Below are positions 10,464 through 21,626 of a DNA stretch of 64,000 nt, one piece after another. This DNA is from Corallochytrium limacisporum Hawaii (taxonomy: Eukaryota > Protista > Pluriformea): positions 208,763 through 272,762 of the forward strand of contig PDIP01000064.1 of the NCBI GenBank assembly GCA_002811645.1, read 5' to 3'. Position 1 is the stretch's first letter; each line of letters opens with the position of its first letter. Below the pieces are notes generated by a model. It was not told where the DNA came from and did not search any database. It worked only from the letters and a program-made list of their open reading frames with translations. Made by a program: the position numbers and the translations under genes.

Positions 10464-12411
10464 GGCCTCAGCCACCGCAGAAGCTACCAGGTCCCGAATC
10501 TTGCTGAATTTTATGAAAATGGGTTTGGCAACCCACTGCTTTGTACAAACTTTTGAGTTCAATTATCCGAGAACAGATAATTAGTTTGGAAGTCTACATA
10601 GACTTTTTCAGTTATATTGGACCCCTTTGCAACCCAATGTAGTCGTTCGCCACTGACGTTTTCACCGATTGTAAACAATTCACACAATTTCGGTTTCATG
10701 AGCCACATTTTCTGACGATCTCCACGACCTCGACCCCTTTTTTGAAGTACCTAGAAATGGGTGATCACGATATGTTTGCAATCCTCTCAATGTGTCATAG
10801 TCATTGACAACATATCATAATCCCCCCATTTCGGTTCCAATAACAATGAGAGTAGAATGACATGGACATTCTCTGGCTCTTTCTCTAGGGCATACGCTTG
10901 ATGTTACGTGTTGCGCAAGAAAGCAAAGGCAGACTCCCCAGGCCGATAATCAGACATTGGCCTACAGCCCCGGGCAGAAAGAGACCCTTCGCAGACCAGC
11001 CGTGCAAATTCCCTTTGCCTTTTCGCTCTTGACACCGAACCGGCCGGGCCCTAGGCAACGGGCTACAGATGAGACCCCAGTGTCTCTTTTTCCTGTACAT
11101 TCAGTACTGCAACACCCGGTCGTTACCAGCGCTTGCACCTCCGTCCTCCGTGGAAGGAAAGAAACGAAAGACGAAGGTGAAAATAAAACTGGGGTAGATC
11201 CACCCACCCGTCAGTTCCTAGCTCCATAGTACTACAACGGGGACCCACTTCCTGTCCCTCAACCTTTCCCCCGGACCTCCCCTTACTTAGGAAAATTTGC
11301 CCACTGCGGTTCGACCAGGATATTTTTTCAGCCAATCAGAGTTTTGTTTTTGGGGGCCTATTTTCTGGTCACTCTTCGGGAACTGTCAGGGAGGGTTTTG
11401 GTTTGCAGTGGCCCCTTCCTTCACCCAACTCGTATAGGGATGGCCAAAATCTTCGGTTTGCCCACGAGCGTACACATGTAGGAGAAGAAGTTGTCGCGTG
11501 GTTCAGACCCGTATCATAGTGTGGAAACAACATAGCGTTCACTTGTACTGGCTACGTGGTAGTAGGCGAGCCCTAACATTGCAAAGTGCATTCTCAAAGG
11601 GAATTGATGATGTACAACGGAGGGAGGCTCTTGACCTCAGGTAATGCCAACGGTTCGGTAGGACGTCAATCTGGGTATTGATACAACAAAGATGCAGTCT
11701 ATTTCTGGTTGAAACGAATCTGTCATGGGATTTCGAAGGGCGGGAGAAACCTTTGATGTTAGCTTCGGTATGCTCGAGAGAGTTGTAGATGAGAAAAGGA
11801 CAAACGGAAACGCATGGAACGAACGCATGGAGTTGGGATGTTCTTTACATGACAGCCGCGTAGCACTCAGAGAATTGTAGTCATTTGAGAGAGTATTCAG
11901 CCACGTTCGAAGAACGTGTCAGTCAGTAGGGTAGATCATCAATGGAAACGGTCTTTGTCATACACATTCGAAGTCCCAACCATCACATACATTCATGTTC
12001 AGCTCAATTTCTCTCTTGATGTGAACGTGTTACTTACCTTTACACCAAATTAGGTTTTGGACTGTCGCATATGCGCTTGTCGTGTAAATCTGTGAATGGA
12101 ATGGGAGAAAAGCTCAGACTCTGGTCAGTATGATGATCTCAAGAGAAGGAGAGTTTGTAGGGATAGGAAGTGTGGGACCTGGAAAGTCAACGCTAAGTGG
12201 AAAAGACTTGTTACTGCTTACTCAGGTCAAGTTTCTGCATTTTGAATCAACATGGTTGTTCAGAGAGATTCCCAAATTGTGGCGGTATCCCGCACTCATC
12301 CTCGCAAGCGCGTTGTACGGCTCCCACTGGCGTCCCTAGCATCTCTTGTACGTTTAAGATACTCACTTTGTTTGATCCTCTGCTTTCGGACATTTCACTC
12401 CAGAAGAAACC

Positions 12412-13179
12412 TTACACGGGGTCATGCAGGCGACCACCGATGCCACCATCAATCTGCAGAGCAGATCCAGTAATGAATCCAGCTTCTGGGCCAGCCAGAA
12501 ACTTTATGAAGTAGCCAATTTCTTCTGGCATGCCAACGCGCTTCACTGGGTGGAGATCTTTCAGCTGTTGATAGCCTTCTGCGTTACCCTCAAATCCAGC
12601 TGCAAGCATAGGTGTGTCGATAGCAGCGGGAAGTACGGCATTAACACGGACACCATAGGCACCGAGCTCGATTGCCATGGAACGAGTCAAGCTGACCATG
12701 CCACCCTTTGACGTGGCGTATGCAATGAAACCGGGCTTTGTCAGGTTGGCATGAATAGAGGCTACGTTCACCACAGATCCTTCGACAGCCTTTAAGTCGT
12801 CTAGGAAGGCCTGAGCAATAAAGAAAGGTGCGGTCAGGTTGGTCTGTAGAGTGGCATCCCAGTCCTCGGGAGTGTACTCGGGGACAGACTTGACGATCTG
12901 TGTGGCTGCATTATTGACCAACAGGTGCAACTTGCCACCAGTGATCTCGCGTGCTTTCTTGAGGAAGTCCTTGACATTATCCTGGTTGCGGTGGAAGTCA
13001 ATTATATCCACAGTGAAGATGTGGTCAGCAGGAACGTCCTCTGGTTTGAGTTTGGAGGCCATGCGGTCAATGCCAATGACAACATACCCAGACTCCTTCA
13101 AGACCTTGCACACACTGCGTCCGATGCCACCTAAGGCACCGGTGACCACGCAGAATTTCTTCTCAGACTGTTCCGACAT
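12412..13179 (-). CDS. Classical short-chain dehydrogenase/reductase (SDR)
   Basis: VVTGALGGIG, LVNNAA, VNVASIH, YATSKGG, VRVNAVLPAAIDTPML and FITGSALQIDGG. Start taken as MSEQSEKK at 13179. Confidence 0.93.
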   Translation of the reverse strand: MSEQSEKKFCVVTGALGGIGRSVCKVLKESGYVVIGIDRMASKLKPEDVPADHIFTVDIIDFHRNQDNVKDFLKKAREITGGKLHLLVNNAATQIVKSVPEYTPEDWDATLQTNLTAPFFIAQAFLDDLKAVEGSVVNVASIHANLTKPGFIAYATSKGGMVSLTRSMAIELGAYGVRVNAVLPAAIDTPMLAAGFEGNAEGYQQLKDLHPVKRVGMPEEIGYFIKFLAGPEAGFITGSALQIDGGIGGRLHDPV

Positions 13180-13658
13180 CGTTTGTTTTCCTCGTTGGCT
13201 CTGTGCTTTTAACTCACGAGACACTTCACTGACTGTTACGCTCTCTGCCAGTGGTCTTAATACCTTACTTCCATAGAGGCAGATGAGCTTGACAATAAAC
13301 ATCAAAAGAAGACATGCACATTATTTGACTCTGCTGGCAACCCCAGATGCTGCGACAATAAGAAACCACATACGACTCACATTCCCAGGCCGCACTCTAG
13401 CTGCGCACTCTATCCCGTGTGCGTAAACTCGAGTGCCTGAGGCGTTCTCTGGCTACCAAATGTTTTCACTTTGCACCCGCGCCTTAATGAAATGAATGGG
13501 GGGGTACACGAGGGATGGGGGGTCCAAATTTTCGCACCGGCTTCCCTTCCCATTTGATGGGTCGACAGGGGGAAGGTGCAGGAATTCAAGGTCGCTTCAC
13601 AAATCTCTACATGTTTATGATAATGCATGCTTGCTAGGATGACGTCGTTAGTATGGGT

Positions 13659-13792
<134 letters not shown>

Positions 13793-13811
13793 AGCAAGGA
13801 CTTGAATCCCA

Positions 13812-15995
13812 TTACATTACAGTGACCACAGCCAGACTGGCCATTATCAACCAGAAGCTGGCGACCATACCACTCGCGCCGTCACTTCCGTCTGTAGTGC
13901 CATCTCCGACTTCTCCGTCGTCAGAGCCCGTTTCAGTGTTGGTCGGCGAAGGAATTTCCTCATCTGTTGAAGTCGGCATCGGGTCTGTTGTGCTGGTTGA
14001 AGTCGTTGTGGATGATGTCACGCTGGAGCTCGTATCATCGACCTCCAAAACTTCACCGAATTCGTAGGTCTGCCCCTGGACGGCCATGATCAAAGCACGA
14101 TCGCCGTCGTTGAAGAGCACAGCGTTGTCAGATTCATCATTCGCGCCCTCGGGCAAGATTATGCCCTCCAGCGGTACTTGACAGTCGCCGTCAGATGCCA
14201 TTACCTTCACGTAGTTCACCTCGCCGGCGGTAGTACGCTGGACTGTTACCTCAGCGTTGCAATTACTGAGTGCAAGCCGTTGACGAAAGATCTCGGCAAT
14301 GTCATCGTGTTTCAAAGAGCTCACAGGAAGATTCAAGAACTCCTGTACTCCCTCAACCACGCGACGAATGTGAAGGGTGAGTAGAGAAGTCTCCTCGCCG
14401 GCGTAATCGATCCTGTTCATGTTGGCCTGGTGGTACATCCATGGGTCCTGACGTAGGCGCATCAATTGGCTGCCTAGGCGGATCGTGTCATTGCGGAGAA
14501 GGTCCTCCATGTCGGTGAAGGTGTAGCCTTCGGCATTCCAAGCCGCGACATTCTCCGCGGGCTCGGCAGCATTCCAAGCAATGCGCGTACGGAACCGAGG
14601 AACAAGCAGTATACCATCCTCACCATTGGTCGCAACTGTGGTAATCCACGGCAAGTACCGGTCACGTGTGGGTATGGTGTAATCGTGGCCCCCATTGCCA
14701 TTGTCAGTCAGGGACGAGGTCATGCCGAGGAGTTTCATGGCCTCGAAAGTGGCAGCGCTTTGCATACCGGAGTAGGTACCTGCAATAAATCCGTTTCGGG
14801 ACCACGTAGGCCGCCCCTTCAATCCCAGAAGATCCTCAGCAATGTGTATACTGTACTCCAGCTCAATGACCATGTCTCCGGTAGACAATGCGGCCAAGTT
14901 GGCGTGGGTCATGGTGTGGGACATCCAATAGAAGCCGTCGTTCCATTCTTCAGATTGAGCAGCCCGAGCGAGCGGAAACTCGTCAAACCATTGCTGGTAG
15001 AACGTGCTGTCATTCCACCATTGGTCAGGCCACGGATCTGTGTACTGGTCCGGATTGTCTCCCTTTGCGCGGTAGTCATCAACATGAATTCCACGAGTGT
15101 TGTAATTGCCCCATTCATTGAAAATGGTCTTGCCCTGGCCCTTCAGTCCCATTCCGTTGAAGGCAAGGTCGATCTTCATGTTGTTTCCAGTGACAGAATT
15201 GAAGTCGTTCGTCCAATCGATATGCCAGGAAACATCCTCAGGTGGCACTAGGTTGCGGCCCTTGTCATTAGTGGCCAGGAAGAAATCATCGACCTGTGGA
15301 CAGACATGCATTTGTCGCGTACCTACGAAGAAACCACGCGTGACCCATTGCAGGACCAGGTGTTGTAGTGCTAGTCCGGCCATAAAATGTCCGTCTGTGT
15401 TCGGATCGTCGGTCTGCAGATCGCTTAGAACATAAAGACGGCTCTGTACTGCATCTTGGTACACAACGGCCATCGTTGCGTCAGACCCCGTGCTGACCAG
15501 TGTGTCAAAATCACCGAGAGTCTGTGGGTTGGGAACCACGTCAAATATTAACCCGGTGGCATCCCACTCGACATCCCGCTTTACGATTGAATCCGCGAAC
15601 CCCGTAAACGCGGGAATTACCCGCAGAGTTTGCTGTGCAGTTGGAGTCCGGGCAGACTCGGCAGGACCAGCCCAGTTCAGCGCGAGCCAGCGAGCACCAT
15701 ATTCATCAATGTAAGTTTGCAGGGTACCTTCATCATCGACACTGACAGAGCCCACAGTGATCAGGCAGTTGTAAAGTCCCTGGCCATTTTCTTCCAGGCT
15801 GGCACCGTTGAGAGTGTTGTAGTAGTCGAGGGGCATGCCTGTGCCCTGAAAAACATCCAACCCCGCAAGGGTTTCACCTATAACCGCACAGCCCAGCTGC
15901 GAAGGGGGAGAAGCCACAGATTGGGCGCTGGACGAACGCGCCATTAGCCCTACCGTCAAACAGGCGGCTCCGACTACTGCAGTGATACCGATCAT
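13812..15995 (-). CDS. Agd3-like (carbohydrate esterase family 18) polysaccharide deacetylase, secreted and predicted GPI-anchored
   Basis: Motifs QWVTRGFFVGTRQMHVCPQVDDFFL, AFNGMG, FYWMSHTMTHANL, LLVPR and LRQDPWMYHQANM match Agd3/CE18 as I recall it (DD, HxxxH, HQ). Signal peptide from ATG 15995, S/T-rich stalk, and C-terminal SDGASG plus hydrophobic tail. Confidence 0.82.
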   Translation of the reverse strand: MIGITAVVGAACLTVGLMARSSSAQSVASPPSQLGCAVIGETLAGLDVFQGTGMPLDYYNTLNGASLEENGQGLYNCLITVGSVSVDDEGTLQTYIDEYGARWLALNWAGPAESARTPTAQQTLRVIPAFTGFADSIVKRDVEWDATGLIFDVVPNPQTLGDFDTLVSTGSDATMAVVYQDAVQSRLYVLSDLQTDDPNTDGHFMAGLALQHLVLQWVTRGFFVGTRQMHVCPQVDDFFLATNDKGRNLVPPEDVSWHIDWTNDFNSVTGNNMKIDLAFNGMGLKGQGKTIFNEWGNYNTRGIHVDDYRAKGDNPDQYTDPWPDQWWNDSTFYQQWFDEFPLARAAQSEEWNDGFYWMSHTMTHANLAALSTGDMVIELEYSIHIAEDLLGLKGRPTWSRNGFIAGTYSGMQSAATFEAMKLLGMTSSLTDNGNGGHDYTIPTRDRYLPWITTVATNGEDGILLVPRFRTRIAWNAAEPAENVAAWNAEGYTFTDMEDLLRNDTIRLGSQLMRLRQDPWMYHQANMNRIDYAGEETSLLTLHIRRVVEGVQEFLNLPVSSLKHDDIAEIFRQRLALSNCNAEVTVQRTTAGEVNYVKVMASDGDCQVPLEGIILPEGANDESDNAVLFNDGDRALIMAVQGQTYEFGEVLEVDDTSSSVTSSTTTSTSTTDPMPTSTDEEIPSPTNTETGSDDGEVGDGTTDGSDGASGMVASFWLIMASLAVVTVM

Positions 15996-17724
15996 TGTTC
16001 TCACTGCTATATGCTTTCTCTCATACGATTTTCTTGGTCTTGCACCACGTCTTACATAGCGTGGCGCGCTGACTTCTACGTCATACAATGTGGTAGGTCG
16101 AGATGCGTTATCAGTACCAATGGTTTGAGTACCTTTTTTGTTGGCCCCATTTGCAGCAGAAGTTTAGAGGACTGTGTAAGTTTCTTCCTGTCCCTGTCAG
16201 TAAGGAACCAACACAAGATCCAGACTGATCATCGACTTGACCGGAGATGACCTGTCGTTGAATGCCGTTCCTCCATTGGCTTCCCAGAGATTGTGTTGCT
16301 CCAGTGGCTCAATTGGCGGGAGTTGTCCCCCGAGCAGTACTGAAACTATGGACGCAAGATTCATGGGTCCTTCCCCTCTCCCCCTTTCCCCTGCGTTCCC
16401 CATTTCCTTCCGTTCCGTTCTGAGACCCTAATATATCGATGAAGAGTACACCCGCTGATCTCTCGGCTACTGCCCCACCCCACCCCACCCCATCCTTCGG
16501 AGGGAAAGGTAAGGGCGGTGGAACAGAGCAGAAACCGCCCCCCGGGGGGGTGGGTTGGGGGGAGACGAGGAGGACAAGTTGCTACAAGGTGGACAGACTG
16601 TCTTACACACTCTATAACATTAATACAACAAGGCCACATGTCCCCGCACATTTCACCGGCGGACAGCAATGCGAAGTAAATTTCGTACAGACATTTGCGG
16701 CGAAGATCAGCAGCATATGAGACTCGTACTGTAGACCGCTTGATGTGAGCGATATGCCCGACTTTGACTATCGTGCAACCGAAAACGGACAGCGCTTGCC
16801 CCATCCGGGGGGGAGTCCATGACACAGGGACGAAGCTAGTTTTGCCTATCCGTTTTGATTCGCCATGCGCGCGATAGTGAATTTGTGGACTCCAAACCCC
16901 GGGACATGAGAGAACGTGTAATAAAAATATTGTGGCCACCTGGCGCACCCCTCGCCTAGCCTCCTCCATATATGCCATTTCACAACACAAGGATAGCCCT
17001 CACAATACCTGGATTATTGACCAAGTTTGGACTACTGGCCGAATGCAGTACGCCGGATGAGACAGCACAAAACTTTTACCCGTCTCTTGGCCCCCCTCCC
17101 CGCGACAAAAATTTCGGATCTTGGATAATATGTTCCACCTCAGCTAATGGGGCAGCGCGGTACTTTTTGGCCTGCGGAAGTCACCGCTATTCAGGACCGT
17201 GGGGGTGTGATGAAGCAATTTTAATGGCATCCACGCACTCTGTCCCGTTTTGGAACACGACACCGGCGTCGGAAATGGGTGGTCAGATTTTTTCGGGGTA
17301 CAAGGCGACGGACCCAAAAAAAAAAACCGAGGAATTCCGGTGCTCTGGTGGGCTATCGATTTTTCTTCTTGCTTCCTTCCAAAAACCTTGTGTTAATAAC
17401 TGATACCCTATTAAACTTTAATTCGAGCTAATGACAATGGGCTGCAGGGGTCGTCACGGTCAGTGTGTATATTAAAACACTTCCCCAGGGCCGGAGGGCT
17501 TTCTGAAGTGTGACGGGAAGGAAAAGAAAGGGGGAGGGGGGGGCGCAAGAGGGAACGGGGGATGAGGACCGTTCCGATTTGAACAGGCCCAATCCGTGTT
17601 GTACTTGTAAGGTAAATGGAATTATGATTCTACAGGTGTATCTACAACAACTCATGGATATGTAAACTGCGAAATGTAAAATGGTACTCTTAGTGATGGA
17701 AAGGCAATACACGACGGTGGAAAA

Positions 17725-20700
17725 CTACCCGTAGCTGTGAAAGATGCCCTTTGATGTCTCCACCTCGCGGACCTGAGCTGTGTCATAGTCTTCCATTAAC
17801 TCCTCTGGCATGACACCCAGGCTAACTTGGCGACCGTCGACCATGGCTCGGGTGGGTCCCCGGCCAAGGAAGCGGCGCGGGTCAGCCACGAGAATGTTGA
17901 ACAGTTGCTCGTGCAGGCGAGCGCGCTGCACAGGATTGACGTTCCCGCTCTCCTCGAACGCGAGCTCATCTAACGCAGCAATGGCTTCATGCAGACGATC
18001 AACCATCTTCTGTAGGTGACGTGCCTGCTCGGTAACTGGCCCAACAGATGAGGGACCGCTGTCAATGCCATCAATGAGCCAACGGTTGCGGGATAGTGTG
18101 TCGAACTTTTCCTGGTAATGGCCTGCGACCAGACCCAGGAATTCACGAACGCGAGAGACCTCTTCCTGGGACAGTCCCTTGGTCTCCGTCGGTGGCCCGC
18201 GGCGTTCTGCGGCGCTATGTTCCTGAATCGGTCCCTGCGATGAATGGAACAACGACGGCTGCGGATCCGGCGGATTTGGGTACTCTGCATCCGAATCGTC
18301 TGAATCGACATATCCCTGGGAATGATTCGGTAGTTGCTGTGACAGCCCAGGAGTACTTCTACCCCTGGGCAGGCGCTCCGGTGGCGTGGAGATAGATGGA
18401 AGGGTGGTAAAATCAATGTCTCCAACGCCAGCCGCATTTCCCATCTGTGCCCTGCGGCGTTCCCAAGCACCGAGCCATTCCATCAGCGCATGGTAGGCCA
18501 TCTGTGGCGCAAGACGCAAGGGCTGTCTACTCTCCTGTGCCGCTGCGATGCGCTGCGAAACGTAGTCAACGGCCTGCGCAGAGCCGACTTCCCGGCCGAG
18601 GAAATAGGTCACGGCCCGTACGACCTTGAAATACTTATTAGCTCCTCGCTCCTGTTGGAGCAGTTGAAAAGTCTGTTGGGCTGGCTGGTACATGTCACTG
18701 TCTGTGTAGTACCAGAGCAAGTGGGCCAAAACGTGCAAACGGTCACGTTCGTTGGCGTTACCGTACGTTTCTGCTACGGTCGCAATCTGCTCTGGATCAC
18801 CAAGGCGAATTGCGGCCTTCACCAGCGAAAGAGAGAAGGTCCGCGGATCGAAACCGTCTGCCTCCATTTGCTTCGGTAGTTCATTCACGCACCAGCGCAG
18901 GTATTCGTCGACGGCCTCGATCTCAGACTGCACCGCATGCCGCGCGACAATCTCAGTGAAGTCAGTGGGACGGAGGAGAAGATGATATATACGGTGGGAC
19001 CTGCGTATATTCTGACCAAGCATGCCCTGAAACATGTGATGCATGTCCGAGAACGCCAAGGATTCGCCCAGAACTTCGAGAACGGCATCCATCATACGCG
19101 TGGTCATGGTGAGACCGAGAGTATCGAATTCACGTAGCAGCCACCAAATTCGGCGATCCAAATTGTTGGCGTCTGGGACGATAGCACCGCTCTGGTAAAC
19201 AGGCCGCTGCACACGACATGCACTGATCATGGTGATGGCGTGTTTATCACTGAAGGGAATAGACCGTTTTTGCATGTCCTTCATGATGTCAATCAGAGCA
19301 TCGAGGCTGCCTCGATCGGCCTCGCGCCGGTAGTGGAAGTCATGGTATTTGCGTGTGGCCAGCATCAATGACGCAAAAACTTCAGCCTCCACATTCTTCG
19401 GCTGGGTCCTACGGGCTATCTTCAGCAGTTCCTGTACATTGGCAATCGTCCGCTTGGAGGGCTCCAGGCGGCAGATAGTTCTGGCCCACTCAAGCACATG
19501 CCATGGTTTGACATTGGTGTGCTCGCTTGCCCGCTTCAATAGTGCATGCCAATCCAAAGCTGCGAGCTCATCCAAACTTTCGTTCACAGTGTAGCTGTCT
19601 GAAGAAATTTTGTCGTATTGCCGCAGGCTCATCTGCGTCCCTAGTCGTGCCCATGCCAACAACTCGTCCATTGACGCGACTTCCCTGCGCGCCTGAAACG
19701 CATGCAGTAGGTCCCTGCTCACCGGCTCCGTCAGCCGACCTCTTAGTGCGATGTTCTGGATTGCGTGCCTCCGGGCAAACTCCCATGCGTTGCCGAAAAT
19801 CTCAGTATCCTTGATGTTCGCCATCAGAGCGGCCGTCAGTTTTTCCTGTACATCGATGGTCGCTTGCACTCCGTCAGTGCGGCTGGCTTGTAGAAGGAAC
19901 GCATGGGATGCCAACACTAATGATGCATGACCGGTCTCAATAATGTGCTCCGCCTTTGCCAGGTCTTCTAAGCATTCTACTGCTGTCGTCTTGTAGGCCT
20001 CTATCAATTCTTCACACCGCTCGAGCTCATCAATCGATGCGGACAGTTCTGAGACCAAATTTCCCGCGGCTGCTGCCAACCGTCCACTCGGAGACGCGTC
20101 CTGTGCACCCATAGTACTCAGACCTTGAGCAACGATTTCCAAGGCATTGTCCGGCTCGTCAATGTAGCGCATACCCAGGCCTAGATTTGAGGACACTTCC
20201 CGGGTATTTGAAGGGTTGCCAGAAAATTGCAGTGCCCAGCGGTCCGCAGTTAGTAGGGTGGCTGCATGCCGGACCAAAAGATTGACTCGTGCGTCCGGGA
20301 ACGCAGCGCTGGTCTGCTCCGATAGATCTGCTTTGCTTTTGACAACCAAATCTCCGTGAATCTGGACTGCACAGCGAACAAACGCATTGCTCAATGCCGT
20401 CATTTCAGCATGATTGACTCTTCCAGCAATGCTGTACTTCTGCAAACCCCAAGTCATGGTGGCAGTTTCGGAGAGGATCCGGTCTGCCAGCCACGGGGGA
20501 ACCGTAATACCCTCCGAACTGACCTGGTTCAATATTCCAACCACACCGGGGATGCGTCCTCTCCGTTTATGCTCTTGGATTTGGTTCAGGATCTTCTTAC
20601 CCCTACGTCCCTCGGCAGAGTTCAATTCTTTGTCTCCAACGCCTTTAGGTCTCGATGGTATGCCTCGATGCCGTGATCTTGTGTGGCTAAAAGCTGCTTG

Positions 20701-20814
20701 TTTTTTCCATGTTACAGAACTAGTTCTGTAGGATCTAAATAACCCAGGCACAGGTCTTACATACAGATAGTAAGTATGAAAAGAGAGGCACCTTGACATC
20801 CCTGAGCGAAACAT
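17725..20814 (-). CDS. Large alpha-helical, PPR-like repeat protein, probably mitochondrial
   Basis: 1029-aa ORF with an Arg/Ser-rich, acid-free N-terminus (presequence-like). Degenerate PPR-like units, e.g. MMDAVLEVLGESLAFSDMHHMFQGMLGQNIRRSHRIYHLLLR and VFASLMLA...IMKDMQKRSIPFS. Confidence 0.7.
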   Translation of the reverse strand: MFRSGMSRCLSFHTYYLYVRPVPGLFRSYRTSSVTWKKQAAFSHTRSRHRGIPSRPKGVGDKELNSAEGRRGKKILNQIQEHKRRGRIPGVVGILNQVSSEGITVPPWLADRILSETATMTWGLQKYSIAGRVNHAEMTALSNAFVRCAVQIHGDLVVKSKADLSEQTSAAFPDARVNLLVRHAATLLTADRWALQFSGNPSNTREVSSNLGLGMRYIDEPDNALEIVAQGLSTMGAQDASPSGRLAAAAGNLVSELSASIDELERCEELIEAYKTTAVECLEDLAKAEHIIETGHASLVLASHAFLLQASRTDGVQATIDVQEKLTAALMANIKDTEIFGNAWEFARRHAIQNIALRGRLTEPVSRDLLHAFQARREVASMDELLAWARLGTQMSLRQYDKISSDSYTVNESLDELAALDWHALLKRASEHTNVKPWHVLEWARTICRLEPSKRTIANVQELLKIARRTQPKNVEAEVFASLMLATRKYHDFHYRREADRGSLDALIDIMKDMQKRSIPFSDKHAITMISACRVQRPVYQSGAIVPDANNLDRRIWWLLREFDTLGLTMTTRMMDAVLEVLGESLAFSDMHHMFQGMLGQNIRRSHRIYHLLLRPTDFTEIVARHAVQSEIEAVDEYLRWCVNELPKQMEADGFDPRTFSLSLVKAAIRLGDPEQIATVAETYGNANERDRLHVLAHLLWYYTDSDMYQPAQQTFQLLQQERGANKYFKVVRAVTYFLGREVGSAQAVDYVSQRIAAAQESRQPLRLAPQMAYHALMEWLGAWERRRAQMGNAAGVGDIDFTTLPSISTPPERLPRGRSTPGLSQQLPNHSQGYVDSDDSDAEYPNPPDPQPSLFHSSQGPIQEHSAAERRGPPTETKGLSQEEVSRVREFLGLVAGHYQEKFDTLSRNRWLIDGIDSGPSSVGPVTEQARHLQKMVDRLHEAIAALDELAFEESGNVNPVQRARLHEQLFNILVADPRRFLGRGPTRAMVDGRQVSLGVMPEELMEDYDTAQVREVETSKGIFHSYG

Positions 20815-21626
20815 TGTGAATATGTTAGGGGTCGGTTCCTAAACTGCGCTCCCGGATCTCATAACTGCCTTTGCAACGAAGTTCCCATTGTCGATCCATA
20901 CATCGTGGTCTCCATGTCCTATAGTTCTCTATTTCATATAAAGGAGATGCATCAATATCACTTTCTGAGGCCGACCGTGTCTGCTTGGCTCAATCTCATT
21001 ACGAATGACATACGTGAGGCAAGCCTGCCTTCGAGGACCTTACCTAGTTTTACACCAGACCCCTTCCCGACCACCAACCAACGGTAAGCTCACGTGTGAA
21101 TGGAGCAAAACCGTGAGTACTCAATCTATTTTTGTGCAAAATCCAGGTCTCAAGCTGGTCTGATGGTAAGGCGGGGCGGGACCCGCCACCCACTTTGAAA
21201 CTATGAGCCGGGCTGAGCTTCCGTGCACTAAAATAAATGCCTGCCTCCCCCACTGTGCAGTACCTTGAGCAAGGACTCCATAGTCAATATACTGGGACAG
21301 CGATTGATTTGCAGCTCAAGCCTCAAATGCAGCCCCCCGTCCCGCTTACTGGGACACATACTTGGCGTGCTTCCGGAGAAAACAGTAACCGCAAGTGCGT
21401 TGGGATGCCCTAGTTTAGTGGTATTTCAAAATGGACCCGTGCTTCTTTTTTTCCCTTGAAAAGAACTTTCTCAAGGATCTTTTCATGAGTCTTCGTATCA
21501 CTCGAACACCACAGTACGCCAGCAACCAAGATGATTCTGGAAATATGAGGGTCGGAGAATGCCGGGGTGAATGCGCTCGGGTTGCTGCCTTCCAATAGTT
21601 GCCATCAGCGGAACACTGGAAGAAAC

